Assembly (NCBI RefSeq): GCF_009914755.1
Contig: NC_060934.1
DNA: 64,000 nucleotides
Reading direction: 5' to 3' (one strand)
Source: the human T2T-CHM13v2.0 reference genome, Homo sapiens
The notes under the pieces were generated by a model. The model did not search any database, was not told the DNA's origin, and was given only the letters and a program-made list of their open reading frames with translations. Positions 37,517 to 54,885 of this stretch are shown piece after piece. Position 1 is the stretch's first letter. Every line of letters starts with the position of its first letter. The position numbers and the translations under genes are program-made.

Positions 37517-37754
37517 TTTCTTTTTTTTTTTAATTATTATTTTTTTTAAATTATACTTTAAGTTTTAGGGTACATGTGCACATTGTGCAGGTTAGTTACA
37601 TATGTATACATGTGCCATGCTGGTGCGCTGCACCCACTAACTCGTCATCTAGCATTAGGTATATCTCCCAATGCTATCCCTCCCCCCTCCCCCCTCCCCA
37701 CCACAGTCCCCAGAGTGTGATATTCCCCTTCCTGTGTCCATGTGATCTCATTGT

Positions 37755-41609
<3,855 letters not shown>

Positions 41610-41645
41610 TTAGTTGATGCAGTTTCTTCCTAGTCTCGATGGTCT

Positions 41646-42662
41646 TTACATTTTGGCATGATTTTGCAGCGGCTGGTACCAGTTGTTCCTTTCCATGTTT
41701 AGTGCTTCCTTCAGGAGCTCTTTTAGGGCAGGCCTGGTGGTGACAAAATCTCTCAGCATTTGCTTGTCTGTAAAGTATTTTATTTCTCCTTCACTTATGA
41801 AGCTTAGTTTGGCTGGATATGAAATTCTGGGTTGAAAATTCTTTTCTTTAAGTATGTTGAATATTGGCCCCCACTCTCTTCTGGCTTGTAGGGTTTCTGC
41901 CGAGAGATCCGCTGTTAGTCTGATGGGCTTCCCTTTGAGGGTAACCCGACCTTTCTCTCTGACTGCCCTTAACATTTTTTCCTTCATTTCAACTTTGGTG
42001 AATCTGACAATTATGTGTCTTGGAGTTGCTCTTCTCGAGGAGTATCTTTGTGGCGTTCTCTGTATTTCCTGAATCTGAACGTTGGCCTGCCTTGCTAGAT
42101 TGGGGAAGTTCTCCTGGATAATATCCTGCAGAGTGTTTTCCAACTTGGTACCATTCTCTGCATCACTTTCAGGTACACCAATCAGATGTAGATTTGGTCT
42201 TTTCACATAGTCCCATATTTCTTGGAGGCTTTGCTCATTTCTTTTTATTCTTTTTTCTCTAAACTTCCCTTCTCGCTTCACTTCATTCATTTCATCTTCC
42301 ATTGCTGATACCCTTTCTTCCAGTTGATCGCATCGGCTCCTGAGGCTTCTGCATTCTTCAGGTAGTTCTTGAGCCTTGGTTTTCAGCTCCATCAGCTCCT
42401 TTAAGCACTTCTCTGTATTGGTTATTCTAGTTATACATTCTTCTAAATTTTTTTCAAAGTTTTCAACTTCTTTGCCTTTGGTTTGAATGTCCTCCCGTAG
42501 CTCAGAGTAATTTGATCGTCTGAAGCCTTCCTCTCTCAGCTCGTCAAAATCATTCTCCATCCAGCTTTGTTCCGTTGCTGGTGAGGAACTGTGTTCCTTT
42601 GGAGGAGGATAGGCGCTCTGCGTTTTAGAGTTTCCAGTTTTTCTGTTCTGTTTTTTCCCCAT
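41646..42662 (-). CDS. ORF1: LINE-1 ORF1p (coiled coil, RRM, CTD RNA chaperone), 338 aa
   Basis: Uninterrupted 338-aa ORF MGKKQNRKTGNSK... with REKG, ARR and YPAKLS motifs. Confidence 0.98.
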   Translation of the reverse strand: MGKKQNRKTGNSKTQSAYPPPKEHSSSPATEQSWMENDFDELREEGFRRSNYSELREDIQTKGKEVENFEKNLEECITRITNTEKCLKELMELKTKAQELPEECRSLRSRCDQLEERVSAMEDEMNEVKREGKFREKRIKRNEQSLQEIWDYVKRPNLHLIGVPESDAENGTKLENTLQDIIQENFPNLARQANVQIQEIQRTPQRYSSRRATPRHIIVRFTKVEMKEKMLRAVREKGRVTLKGKPIRLTADLSAETLQARREWGPIFNILKEKNFQPRISYPAKLSFISEGEIKYFTDKQMLRDFVTTRPALKELLKEALNMERNNWYQPLQNHAKM

Positions 42663-43566
42663 CTTTGTGGTTTTATCTACTTTTGGTCTTTGATGATGGT
42701 GATGTACAGATGGGTTTTCGGTGTGGATGTCCTTTCTGTTTGTTAGTTTTCCTTCTAACAGACAGGACCCTCAGCTGCAGGTCTGTTAGAATACCCTGCC
42801 CTGTGAGGTGTCAGTGTGCCCCTGCTGGTGGGTGCCTCCCAGTTAGGCTGCTCGGGGGTCAGGGGTCAGGGACCCACTTGAGGAGGCAGTCTGCCCGTTC
42901 TCAGATCTCCAGCTGCGTGCTGGAAGAACCACTGCTGTCTTCAAAGCTGTCAGACAGAGACTTTTAAGTCTGCAGAGTTTACTGCTGTCTTTTGGTTTGT
43001 CTGTGCCCTGCCCCCAGAGGTGGAGTGTACAGAGGCAGGCAGGCCTCCTTGAGCTGTGGTGGGCTCCACCCAGTTCGAGCTTCCCGGCTGCTTTGTTTAC
43101 CTAAGCAAGCCTGGGCAATGGCGGGCGCCCCTCCCCCAGCCTCGCTGCCGCCTTGCAGTTTGATCTCAGACTGCTGTGCTAGCAATCAGCGAGACTCCGT
43201 GGGTGGAGGACCCTCCGAGCCAGGTGTGGGATATAGTCTCGTGGTGCGCCGTGTTTTAAGCCGGTCTGAAAAGCGCAATATTCGGGTGGGAGTGACCCGA
43301 TTTTCCAGGTGCGTCCGTCACCCCTTTCTTTGACTCGGAAAGGGAACTCCCTGACCCCTTGCACTTCCCAGGTGAGGCAATGCCTCGCCCTGCTTCGGCT
43401 CGCACACGGTGCGCGCACTCACTGGCCTGCGCCCACTGTCTGGCACTCCCTAGTGAGATGAACCCGGTACCTCAGATGGAAATGCAGAAATCACCCGTCT
43501 TCTGCGTTGCTCACGCTGGGAGCTGTAGACCGGAGCTGTTCCTATTCGGCCATCTTGGCTCCTCCC
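42663..43566 (-). promoter_or_regulatory. L1 5'UTR: internal sense Pol II promoter plus antisense promoter, CpG-rich
   Basis: Intact YY1 site CAAGATGGCCG (plus-strand cggccatcttg, 43547-43557). Many CpGs retained. Confidence 0.9.
43118..43333 (+). CDS. ORF0: LINE-1 antisense ORF0, 71 aa
   Basis: GCAATGG start at 43118 giving MAGAPPPASLPPCSLISDCCASNQRDS...RCVRHPFL-stop, the primate L1 ORF0 sequence. Internal splice donors CAG|GTGTGG (43223/4) and CAG|GTGCGT (43308/9) are present. Confidence 0.9.
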   Translation: MAGAPPPASLPPCSLISDCCASNQRDSVGGGPSEPGVGYSLVVRRVLSRSEKRNIRVGVTRFSRCVRHPFL

Positions 43567-44030
43567 TGATGCCTTTCCTTTCTAGGAGAGAGAAAGGCAT
43601 TCCCAAGACACCCAAGAGCCTCTATTTGGTAAGGTCTCCTTTACAAATGTGTATGTATCTCAAGCTCACAATATTCCTCAGAGCTCCAATTACCTATGTC
43701 TAACTCATTTTTGACACCTTCATTTGGATGCCTCATGGGAATAGATTTCAAATCTATCAAGTCCAAAAAGGAGTCATTTCCACCCTGCCCTCATCTCCCC
43801 TGCCACCCACCACACACACGCCCTACGGCCCTATTCTAGGCCTAGGAGTCTACCTATCAGTAAAACATCACTATCTTCTAGCCAATTGCAAAAAAACACA
43901 GAAACTTGGAGTCATTTTTGTTCCTGTCCCTCATCTCTCACATGCAATCCAACAACAGGTCCCAGTGTTCTACCATATCTCCACTGCCACTACCTTAATC
44001 CTAGCCACCTGCACCAGCTAGCTTGAAACC
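43567..44030 (-). other. 464-bp 5'-transduced segment (mostly an L2 relic) carried with the L1PA2
   Basis: Lies between the L1 5' end and the right copy of the TSD. The minus-strand read GGTAGTGGCAGTGGAGAT...GGATTGCATGTGAGAGATGAGGG...ATGACTCCAAGTTTCT is L2-like. Confidence 0.85.
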
Positions 44031-44044
44031 TACTGAATTTCTTT
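44031..44044 (+). repeat. Target-site duplication of the L1PA2 insertion, right copy TACTGAATTTCTTT
   Basis: Exact match to 37510-37523. Implied nick TTTCTTT/GT resembles an L1 endonuclease site, and the host old L1 resumes here. Confidence 0.9.
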
Positions 44045-45303
44045 GTATATTGTATATGACAGGCCTTCATCAGATAGGTCTTTTATAATTTTTTCCCAGT
44101 CTGTGGCTTGTCTTCTCATTCTATTGGTATTATCATTCTCAGAGTTTTAAAATTTAATGAAGTCTGGATTACCCATTTTTTTCATAGATTGTGACTTTGG
44201 TCTTGTATGTAAAAAGTCATCACCATATCCAAGGTCATTTAGGTTTTCTCCTAGTTATCTTCAGGAGTTTTATAGTTCTGCATTTTACATTTAGGTCTAT
44301 GATACATTTTGAGTTAATTTTTGTGAGGGCTGTAAGGTCTGTGTTCAAACTTCCTTTTATTTGTATTTATTTTTGCCTGTGGGTGTCCAGTTGTTTCAGC
44401 ACCATTTGTTGAAAAGACTTTTCCTCATTGCATGGGCTTTGGTCTTTTGTGAAAGATCAGCTGACTATATTTATATTGTTCTATGTCTGGGCTCTCTACT
44501 CTGTTCCATTGATCTATGTATCTGTTCCTTCACACAATAACAAACTGTCCTGATTACTACAAGTTTATTGTAAGTCTTGAAGTCAGGCAGTGAGTGCTCC
44601 AATTTTGTTTCCTTCCCTTACTACTCAGTTGACTATTCTGGGTCTCCTACATCTCCATATAAACTTTAGAATTATTTGTCAACATCCACAAAATAACTTG
44701 CTACATTTTAATTGAGATTGTGTTGAATCTATAGATCAAGTTGAGAAGAACTGACATCTTGGCAATATTGAGTCTTTCTGTCCATGGATATGGAATATCT
44801 TTTCATTTACTTAGTTTTTTAACATCCTTTATCAGAGCTTCATAGTTCTCCTCATACAGATCTTGTGTGCGTATGTTGTTAAATTTATGTCTATTTTCTT
44901 TTTTGGTATGCTAATGTAAATGGTAATGCGTTTTTAATTTCAAATTCTGCTTGTTTGTTACTAGTGTATATTACTTTTGTATATTAACCTTATATTGTAC
45001 AATCTTGCTACAATTACTTATTAGTTTTTTCATTGTTGTTGATTCTCTAAGATTTTATACATAGATGCTTCTGTCTCTGCAACAAAGATAGTTTTATTTC
45101 TTCCTTTTCAATCTGTATAACTTTTATTACCTTTTCTTGTCTTATGGTATTAGCTAGGACTTCCAGCTAAAAAACAGTGGTGAGGAGATATTCTTGCCTT
45201 GTTCTGATCTTAGTGGGAAAACTTTCGAGTTTCTCACCACTAAGTAAGATGCTAGCTGAAGGTATTTTGTAGATGTTTCTTGTCAATTTAAGAAAGTTTC
45301 CTC

Positions 45304-45669
<366 letters not shown>

Positions 45670-48600
45670 TTAAGTTTTGTTATTTTCCCTCATCTATTGG
45701 TATATTATGTGATTTTATTTAGCCTGTTGATGTGATAATTACATTAATTGATTTTTGAATATTAAACCAGCTTTACATATCTTGGATAAACCCCACTTGG
45801 TCATGATGCACAATTCTTTTCAAACATTATTGGATTGAGGGGTTTTGCATCTTTGTTCATGAGAGATAATTGTCTGTAAGTTTGCTTTTTTCTCCTAATG
45901 TCATTGGGTGGTTTTTGATATTGGAATAATACCAGCATCATGAAATGAGCTGAGAAGTATTCCCTCTGCTTCTGTATTCTGCAAGAGTTTGTAGTAAATT
46001 GGCATAATTTATTTCTGAAATGTATGGGAAAATTCACCAGTGAACTGACTGTGCCTGGTGCTTTCTGTTTGGAAGATTATTAATTATTGATTCAATTTCT
46101 TTAATAGTTACAAGCCTATTCAGATTTCTACATTTTCTTATGTGAGTTTTGGCAGATTGTGTCTTTCAAGAAATTGGTCCACTTCACCTATGTTATTAAA
46201 TTTGTGGGTAGAAAAGTGTACATAATAGTCCTTTATTGTCTCTTTAGTATCCATAGGATCTGTAGTGCTCTCTCCTCTTTCATTTCTGACATTAGTATTT
46301 TGTGCTCCCTCTCTTTTTTCTTAGCCTGGCTAGAGGCTTATCCATTTTCTTGATTTTTTTTTTTTTCCAAAAAAACAGGTTTTGGTTTTGTTGATTATCT
46401 ATTTTCAGTCTTGTTGATTTATGCTCTAATTTTTTATTATTTCTTTTCTTCTGCTTATTATCAATTTAATTTGCTCATTTTTCCCTAATTTTCTGAGGTG
46501 GGGGTTTAAATTATTGATTTCATATTTTTTCTTTTTAAATATACACTTTCAACATTGTAAATTTCCCTCTAAGCATGGCTTTTACTGCATCCTACAAACT
46601 TTAATTAATTTTATTTTATTTTCCTTTACTTCAAATTATAGTTTCTCTTGAGATTTTTTCTTTGATCGATGTGATATTTAGAAGCATGTTGTTTAATCTC
46701 TGCTTATTTTGAAAATTTTCAGCTATTTCTTTTATTGATTTCCAGTTTAATTTCATTGTGGTTGAAAAACAGACATTGTATAATTTCTATTTGCTTCAGT
46801 TTGTTAAGGTGTGTTTTATGGTTCAGAAAGTGGTCTGTCTTAGCAAATTTTCCATGTGATCTTGAGAAGAATGTGTAATCTGTTGGTGTTAGGTGATATT
46901 GTCTAGAGATATCAATTTTACCCTGTTGGTTGATGGTGTTGTTGAGTTCAAATATGTCCTTATAATTTTTGCCTACTAGATCTGTTCATTTTTGAAAGAC
47001 GATGTTAAGGTCTCCAATTATAATAATGACTTCATCTTTACACTTGCAGTTCTAATCAGTTTTTGCCTCATGTATTTGGACACACTCATGTTAGGCATGT
47101 GCATATTAAGGACTCATGTCTTCTTGGCATATTGACTCCCCTTTATCATTATGTAATGCCCCTCTTTACCCTGATAATTTTCTTTGCTCTGAAATCTGCC
47201 CTGTGTAAAATTAATATAATGACTCCAAAGACCTTCTAATTAGTGTTAGCATGGTATATCATTCTCCATCCATTTACTTTTAATTTGAATGTATCTTTGT
47301 CTTTGAAGTGGGTTTCTTGTAGACAACATATAGTTAGGGCTTGTTTTTCTCATCCACTCCATCAATCTCTGTCTTAATTGGTATATTTAGGCCACTGACA
47401 TTTAAAGTGATTATTAATATAGTTGGATTATTGCCTATCACATTTTTACCATTTTCTTTTTGTTTCCTTTATTCTTTGTTCCTATTATCTTTCACATGTT
47501 TTCTGTCTTTTGTGATTTTAATTGAGCATTTTATACGAATTTATTTTCTCTCCTTTCTTAGCCTATTTGTTTTCCTCTTCTTTTTCACTCTTTTTAGTAC
47601 TTGCTGTAGAGTTTGCAATACATATTTACCACTAATGAAGTTCACTTCTAATAACAACACACTACTTCATGGGGAGTGCAGGCACTCTGTCATAACAACT
47701 TATTCCTAATTCTCCTTCCCAATTCTTGTATTATTGATGTCATTCATTTCACCTGTACATAAGCATACCTAAGTGTGTATGTGTGTGTGTATATATATAC
47801 ATGAGCATACGTAATTGAATACATTGTTGCTATTATCTTGAAGAAAGTGGTATCTGTGAGATTACTACTCAGAAGAATAAAGGTTTTTGTGGTACATTCA
47901 CTTATTCATTCTGATGCTCTTCTTTTCCTTACATAGACTTGAGTTTCTATCCTGTATCATTTTCCTTCTCTCTGAAGAACTTCTTTTAACATTTATTTCA
48001 AAGCAGGTCTACCAGTAACAAACTTCCTCAACTTTTGTCCGTCTGAGAAAAGTCTTTATCTCTCCTTCACTTTTGAAAGATAGTTTTGCAGGGTACAGAA
48101 TTCTTGATGTTTTCCATTATTTTTTCCTCTCAGCACTTTAAATATTTCATCCCACTCTCTTCTTGCCTGTATAGATCTGAGAAGTCAGATGTATTTTTCA
48201 TCTGTGCCTCTTTACAGGTAGGTGTTCCCCATTCTGCCTTAAAAAAGTTTTTTTTAAATCTTTGATTATCTGAATTTTGAATATGATATACCTATGTGGG
48301 GTTATGATGGTTTTTGTGGTTGTTGCTTTGTTTTTTGACATTTATCCTGCTTAGTGTTCTCTGAGTTTTCTAGATCTGAGGTTTGGTACATTATTTTGCA
48401 GAAATTCTCAGTTATCATTGCTTCATACATTGCTTGTTTCTTTCTCTTTCTTTCCCTTCTGTTATTCCCACTATACATATATTACACTTTTGTAGTTGCC
48501 CCACAGTTCTTGCTCTGTATTTGCACTTCGATGGTCTTTTTTTAAGTTTTGGAAGTTTCTGTTGAGGCATCATCAATTTCAGAGATTCTTTTCTCAGCCA

Positions 48601-48984
48601 TGTCCAGTCTACCAATGAGCTCATCAAAGGCATTCTTCATTTCTATTACATGGTTTTCATCTCTAGCATTTCTTCTTGATCTTTTCTTAGAATTTCCATC
48701 TCTCTGATGACATTATCCATCTGTTCTTCCATGTTGTCTGCTTTTTCTATTAAAGCCCTTAGCATGTTGATCATACATTTATAAAAATTATCGGTTTTTC
48801 TAATTCTGATATTCCTATCATATATGACTCTGGTTGTGATGCTTGTTTAATCTTTAGAAACTGGATTGTTTGCCTCTTAGAATGCCTGAACAGCTGACAT
48901 GAGGTACTAGGTAAAAGGAACCATAGTCAATAGGCCTTTAGTTGTGTGATGGTAATACGGGGAAGCGAAGAGGGAGACACAACA

Positions 48985-49289
48985 TTTTTTTTTTTTTTTT
49001 GAGACAGAGTCTCGCTCTGTCACCCATTCTGGAGTGCCGTGGTGCAATCTCAGCTCACTACAACCTCAGCCTCCCTGGTTCAAGCTATTCTCCAGCCTCA
49101 GCCTCCTGAGTAGCTGGGATTACAGGCATGCCTCACCGCGTCCAGCTAATTTTTGTATTTTTAGTAGACACAAGGTTTCACCATATTGACCAGGCTGATT
49201 TCGAACTCCTGACCTCAGGTGATCCACCCACCTCGGCCTCCCAAAATGCTGGGATTACTACAGGCGTGAGCCACCCCGCCCAGCCAGGC
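48985..49289 (-). mobile_element. Alu (AluSx-like)
   Basis: Alu consensus. Confidence 0.92.
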
Positions 49290-51293
49290 AAAACATTCTT
49301 TAGTTCTATGATTAACTCTCAGATTTTTTGGGAGTCTTTGCCCCTGGAATGTGAACTTTACCAGTGCTTCTCACATTTCTTCCCTGCTTAGGTGGAACAT
49401 AATAGCTAGAGGAAGTTGCAGTTGCTTATTTCCCTTCCCCCTAGTCAGTTATGGTCTGACAGATCCCCAGCAGGTGAGGCTCTGTTAACTAGTTTCTCCT
49501 GAGGGCAGGTCTTGTTAAGACAGAATGCTCTGGCGTATTTCAAAATGGTTACTTTTGCCCTCTCCCTGCTGGAAGTACGAAGGTAAGTTCCCCCACCAGT
49601 TGTCACTGTGGGGAGCTGGTAAAGCTCCTGGAGGTAAAACTCACAAAAGTATGAGGGCCTCTCTGATTAGGTCCCCACGAAGTTCTTAACTCTCAGACAT
49701 GTCCACACTGAGCCTCCTGCAAACCATCAACTACTGTTTAAGTTTTTGTAACTTAGCACTGGTTCCTGTGGAAGTTTCTGCTTGTTGAGTTTCTGCTCAG
49801 GTAAATTGTGATTTGCTGTGTCTGACTGTTGGTCTTTCCAATTCGGGGGACAGCATTTGTCCTGTGACTTCACTTGTAGGATGATCTGAACAGAGTTGTT
49901 AATTGTTCAGTTTCTTCAGCTTTTAACTTGCTAGGAAAATGGACAAACTGTGAACTTCTTACATGCTGGACCAGAAACCAGGAGTTCACCTCTCTTCCTT
50001 CTGATCAGAAAATCTCTGCCTGGCACCCATCTCCTGATTACTCTAAGTGCCCTGAAAGCAGTGAACATATCTTTGTTCACCCCCAGATCCCCAGTCCCCA
50101 GGACAGTGCTGGCACAATCAGGTGGCTTCTCCACATGAAGGGTGAATGAATGCCTAATGGGCACGTACTGAACCAGGGATGAGCCAAGCTGCTCCTTCGG
50201 TAAGGCTTTAGAAAGCATACAGATATCCTGCCCATCTCCTTCCCTACCCAAAACCCCACAGACGGAAGATGCCTTATTTCAGAAACACAGAGCCATACTG
50301 CCAAGGTCACAAAGCAAAGACTCAGGCTATAGAGGGAAGCTTGGGCACAGGAAGCATCAGGGCATTACTCAAATCACTGCCAACAAGATGTCCTGAAAGC
50401 GGAACAGTGTTCACCTCTAAATCAAGCAGCTGCAGCGTCTGTGTTTTGTTTCTTTCTTAAAATCATTAAGAGCAGCCACTTCCATTGCTCCTAGTGCATT
50501 TGGTGGCATAAAAATAGCTCCGAAAGCCAAGGGCGCATTGGGTGCATCACAGACTCTGCTCCTTAATAACTTAGGATGCATGAGGTTAAAGCAGTGAGAA
50601 TAATTTAGGGTTTGGAAAATGTTTGCGAGTGAGTCGACATTTAAATAACTTCATTATCATTCATTGACAGATTTTTTTTAACCTGTCAGTGCAACTGATA
50701 TTTCTATTACCATGTTATAACAAACCCCTGCACATTTTAAATACAGTCACTGGATTCCACTAGTCTACCCACTGTCAAGAAAATATCTTCAAATCCATTT
50801 TTCATAATACCTCAAGAATATAATAGGCAATCTACATCAAACGATGACGTGGAGCTGAAGGAAATTGTCTCCTGCTTTCTAAGGAATCTGCCCCGAAATA
50901 CGTTTGCCTGTCAGCCTAAACATATAATTCAAATGTGCTGCCGAGACATTATGGTGCATTCTGAGCTGAATGAGCTTCCCTCTCTTTCCTGGATTCCCTG
51001 AACCTTTCAGCGTAACTTGCAGAATTAGCTAAGGGGATTAAACAGTAGGTTAAGGGGAAGTCATGTAAAATTGACATAAAAATATTTCCATTCTGTCATG
51101 TATCACAGAATTTTTAATATCACATCAAAAGCTTTTATTCTTTAAATATGTTACTTTTATGTTAATAAGGGATAGAAGTTCTCATCTATCTAGCAGTCTG
51201 TTCCATTTTTCTTCTCCTAATTATATCTTTATTCTGTGTTCTTGATGTTTCTAGTCATACAGATCCGGTGAGATAAGAAATTTGGGTGCATTT

Positions 51294-51582
51294 GGCTGGG
51301 CGCAGTGGCTCACGTCTGTAATCCCAGCACTTGGGGAAGCCGAGGCAGGCGGATCACGAGGTCAGGAGATTGAGACCATCCTGGCTGACAAGGGGAAACC
51401 CCGTCTCTACTAAAAATACAAAAAAATTAGCTGGGTGTGGTGGCAGGCACCTGTAGTCCCAGCTGAGGTAGGAGAATGGTGTGAACCCAGGAGGCGGAGC
51501 TGGCAATGAGCCGAGATTGCACCACTGCACTCCAGCCTGGGAGACAGAGCAAGCCTCTGTCTCAAAAAAAAAAAAAAAAAAA
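51294..51582 (+). mobile_element. Alu (AluY-like) with a short internal deletion
   Basis: Alu consensus; TSD aaatttgggtgcattt. Confidence 0.93.
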
Positions 51583-52278
51583 GGAAAGAAAAATTTGGGT
51601 GCATTTGATTGGGGTTGTGTGCAGACAGTGACTTTTCTGCTGTAGGTTACCCTTACCACTGACATGTCTGCTGGTTTATTTTTGAGTATAAAAGTAACTT
51701 ACATTGGCCCTGATACCTGGATCTCTATTTTGCATAAGAAAGGGCAAAGTAATTTAAGCAGAGGTCTCCTGTTCATCTTTTTAGGAGCAAATTGGAGTAC
51801 TATCCTTCACTAGATGATGTCCATGACATCCTTCTTATACAAACACACAGTTGTCTGTGCCCAATGTATCCAATATGTACCATCCATTCTAGTTCTTACT
51901 GCCATTCCTAGGGCAGGCCATCACTATTTCTGCTGTGGCTAGAACTTGTTGCAGTAGTCCAGGTAAATTTACTAGCAGCTCCCCCTCACAGATGCGGCCT
52001 CTCTCATACCTCCATGTCTTTGCAAAGGCAATATCCACTGCTAAGCAGACAAGCTGGTACTGGTGAGGAGGGCATAGGGCACGTATTCCTTCTCATCTTT
52101 TAACATTCTACTCCACAGTTTTCTTCCCAGGGATGCCACTCCTGACCATGCCAATCAACTAGCAGTCAGCCTTTGTTCTTTCTTCCATGACAACCCAGAT
52201 TCCCTGGCATTGTATCGTTGTTGTCAATGCTCACAGTTGTCTGTGCTAATAGACTGCATTTTCTAAAGGCAGGGATAG

Positions 52279-52685
<407 letters not shown>

Positions 52686-53384
52686 TGAATGGAATGCCTC
52701 TCTCCTTTATACTGTATGTGATTTATTTGAATCTCTCCTTATTGGCCTTTATATGCTGCCATGTATTACATTTACATGCGTTTGATCTCGCTTACCAGAT
52801 GGCCATCTACTAGGAGCAAAATGCATTTATGCTTACTCTTCTGTATCTCTCTCCACCATTTAGCTGCTTCTTACAATCCAGAAGGTGCTCAGTGTTGCTA
52901 GGTTGAACCGAACACACTATCCTGTAAAGTTCTCCTTTATCACCAGAAAATTCAGTTTGAAAAATTTCACATTTGGGTTTTGCATTTCCTTTTGGAGGGT
53001 TTGGGAGCAAGAAAACTTCAGGGCTTCCAGCTGAGTTTGTGTTGGGTAGGAATAATTATGAGACATAAATATAAGAGAGATTAGTGACTCACTAAGGAAG
53101 AACTCATACAAATGCATATGCAAAATGTATTATATATCAGTTTGTTTAAATGTCTATAAATACAGCTATGGAAAATAAAATATCCATTTGTCAGTTATAA
53201 GGGTAAAGATAAATTTGGGAGGAGAGCAACTTATCTTTTTAGCTTTGTGACATGTTCTATCTTTTGATACAACCCCAATCTCCAGGTACTTCTAGTCTGA
53301 CAGGTAGAGCATCCTTCATCACACTGGGGTCAAATCTTCATAGGCTGCATTACCCTACACTCCTGAATTATGCGGTTTATGAAT

Positions 53385-53625
53385 AACAGTGAACATTTAT
53401 TGAATGCTTAAGATACCACACACTGGGCTAAGCACTTCATAAGGATTACCTCACTGAGTTCTCTAACATCGCACGAGTTAAGTACTGGTATGATCCACAT
53501 TTTACAGATGAGGAGACCAAGACTTAAGGAAGATGATCAGCTTGCCCAATGCCACATAGGAGTGATGAACATGGCCTAGATTCAAACTCAGGCAGTTAGG
53601 CTCCAAAGTCAGCATGCTTAATACA
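53385..53625. mobile_element. MIR
   Basis: aacatttattgaatgctt...cattttacagatgaggagacc...ttcaaactcaggcagt. Confidence 0.75.
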
Positions 53626-54055
53626 GAGATATGGTGAATTGTCCATTTAAATAGGGTACTATTCGTAGAATGATGGCAGTGTGTCTGAAAAAGAATAGAT
53701 TTTTCCTAATGGAGCTCCCAGAACTTACATCACCTGCCTTCCAAACAACGAACCACTGCTGTTTGTAATATTGGCGAGTTGTCATCCTAAATTCAATTTT
53801 TTATTAGAATGAGGATCCTTAATCCAAGCTTCTAGTAAACTAGTTCAACTGTATTAAAGGTAACAGGGATTACTGCAGACTTCCCCCCAGTTGTGAATGC
53901 ACTGTACTTGAAATGAAATGGCATACATACACACGTCCTTTATCTTAGAGCCCTTGTTAGAAAATGAATTGGAGCTCCAATTCTGCCAATGTGTTTCACT
54001 CTCTTCTCACACGGTACTCAGTTGGCTGAAGACGCAGTGTTATTGTCCCGACTTA

Positions 54056-54430
<375 letters not shown>

Positions 54431-54565
54431 CTAGCTTTTCCATCAAAACATACATATGCAAATTATGAAAAATGTATTCTAGAAGGACAAGCTACGAAAC
54501 ATATAGCAGTGACAATGGAATTTACTTGATCCCTTAAATTTAAAATGGTTCAAATACCCTCAATT

Positions 54566-54885
<320 letters not shown>

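Noticed and set aside
43567-44030. Alternative reading: L1 inserted without a TSD, with target-site deletion
   Set aside because: An exact 14-bp duplication with an EN-like site exists at 44031, and the host repeat is continuous across it.
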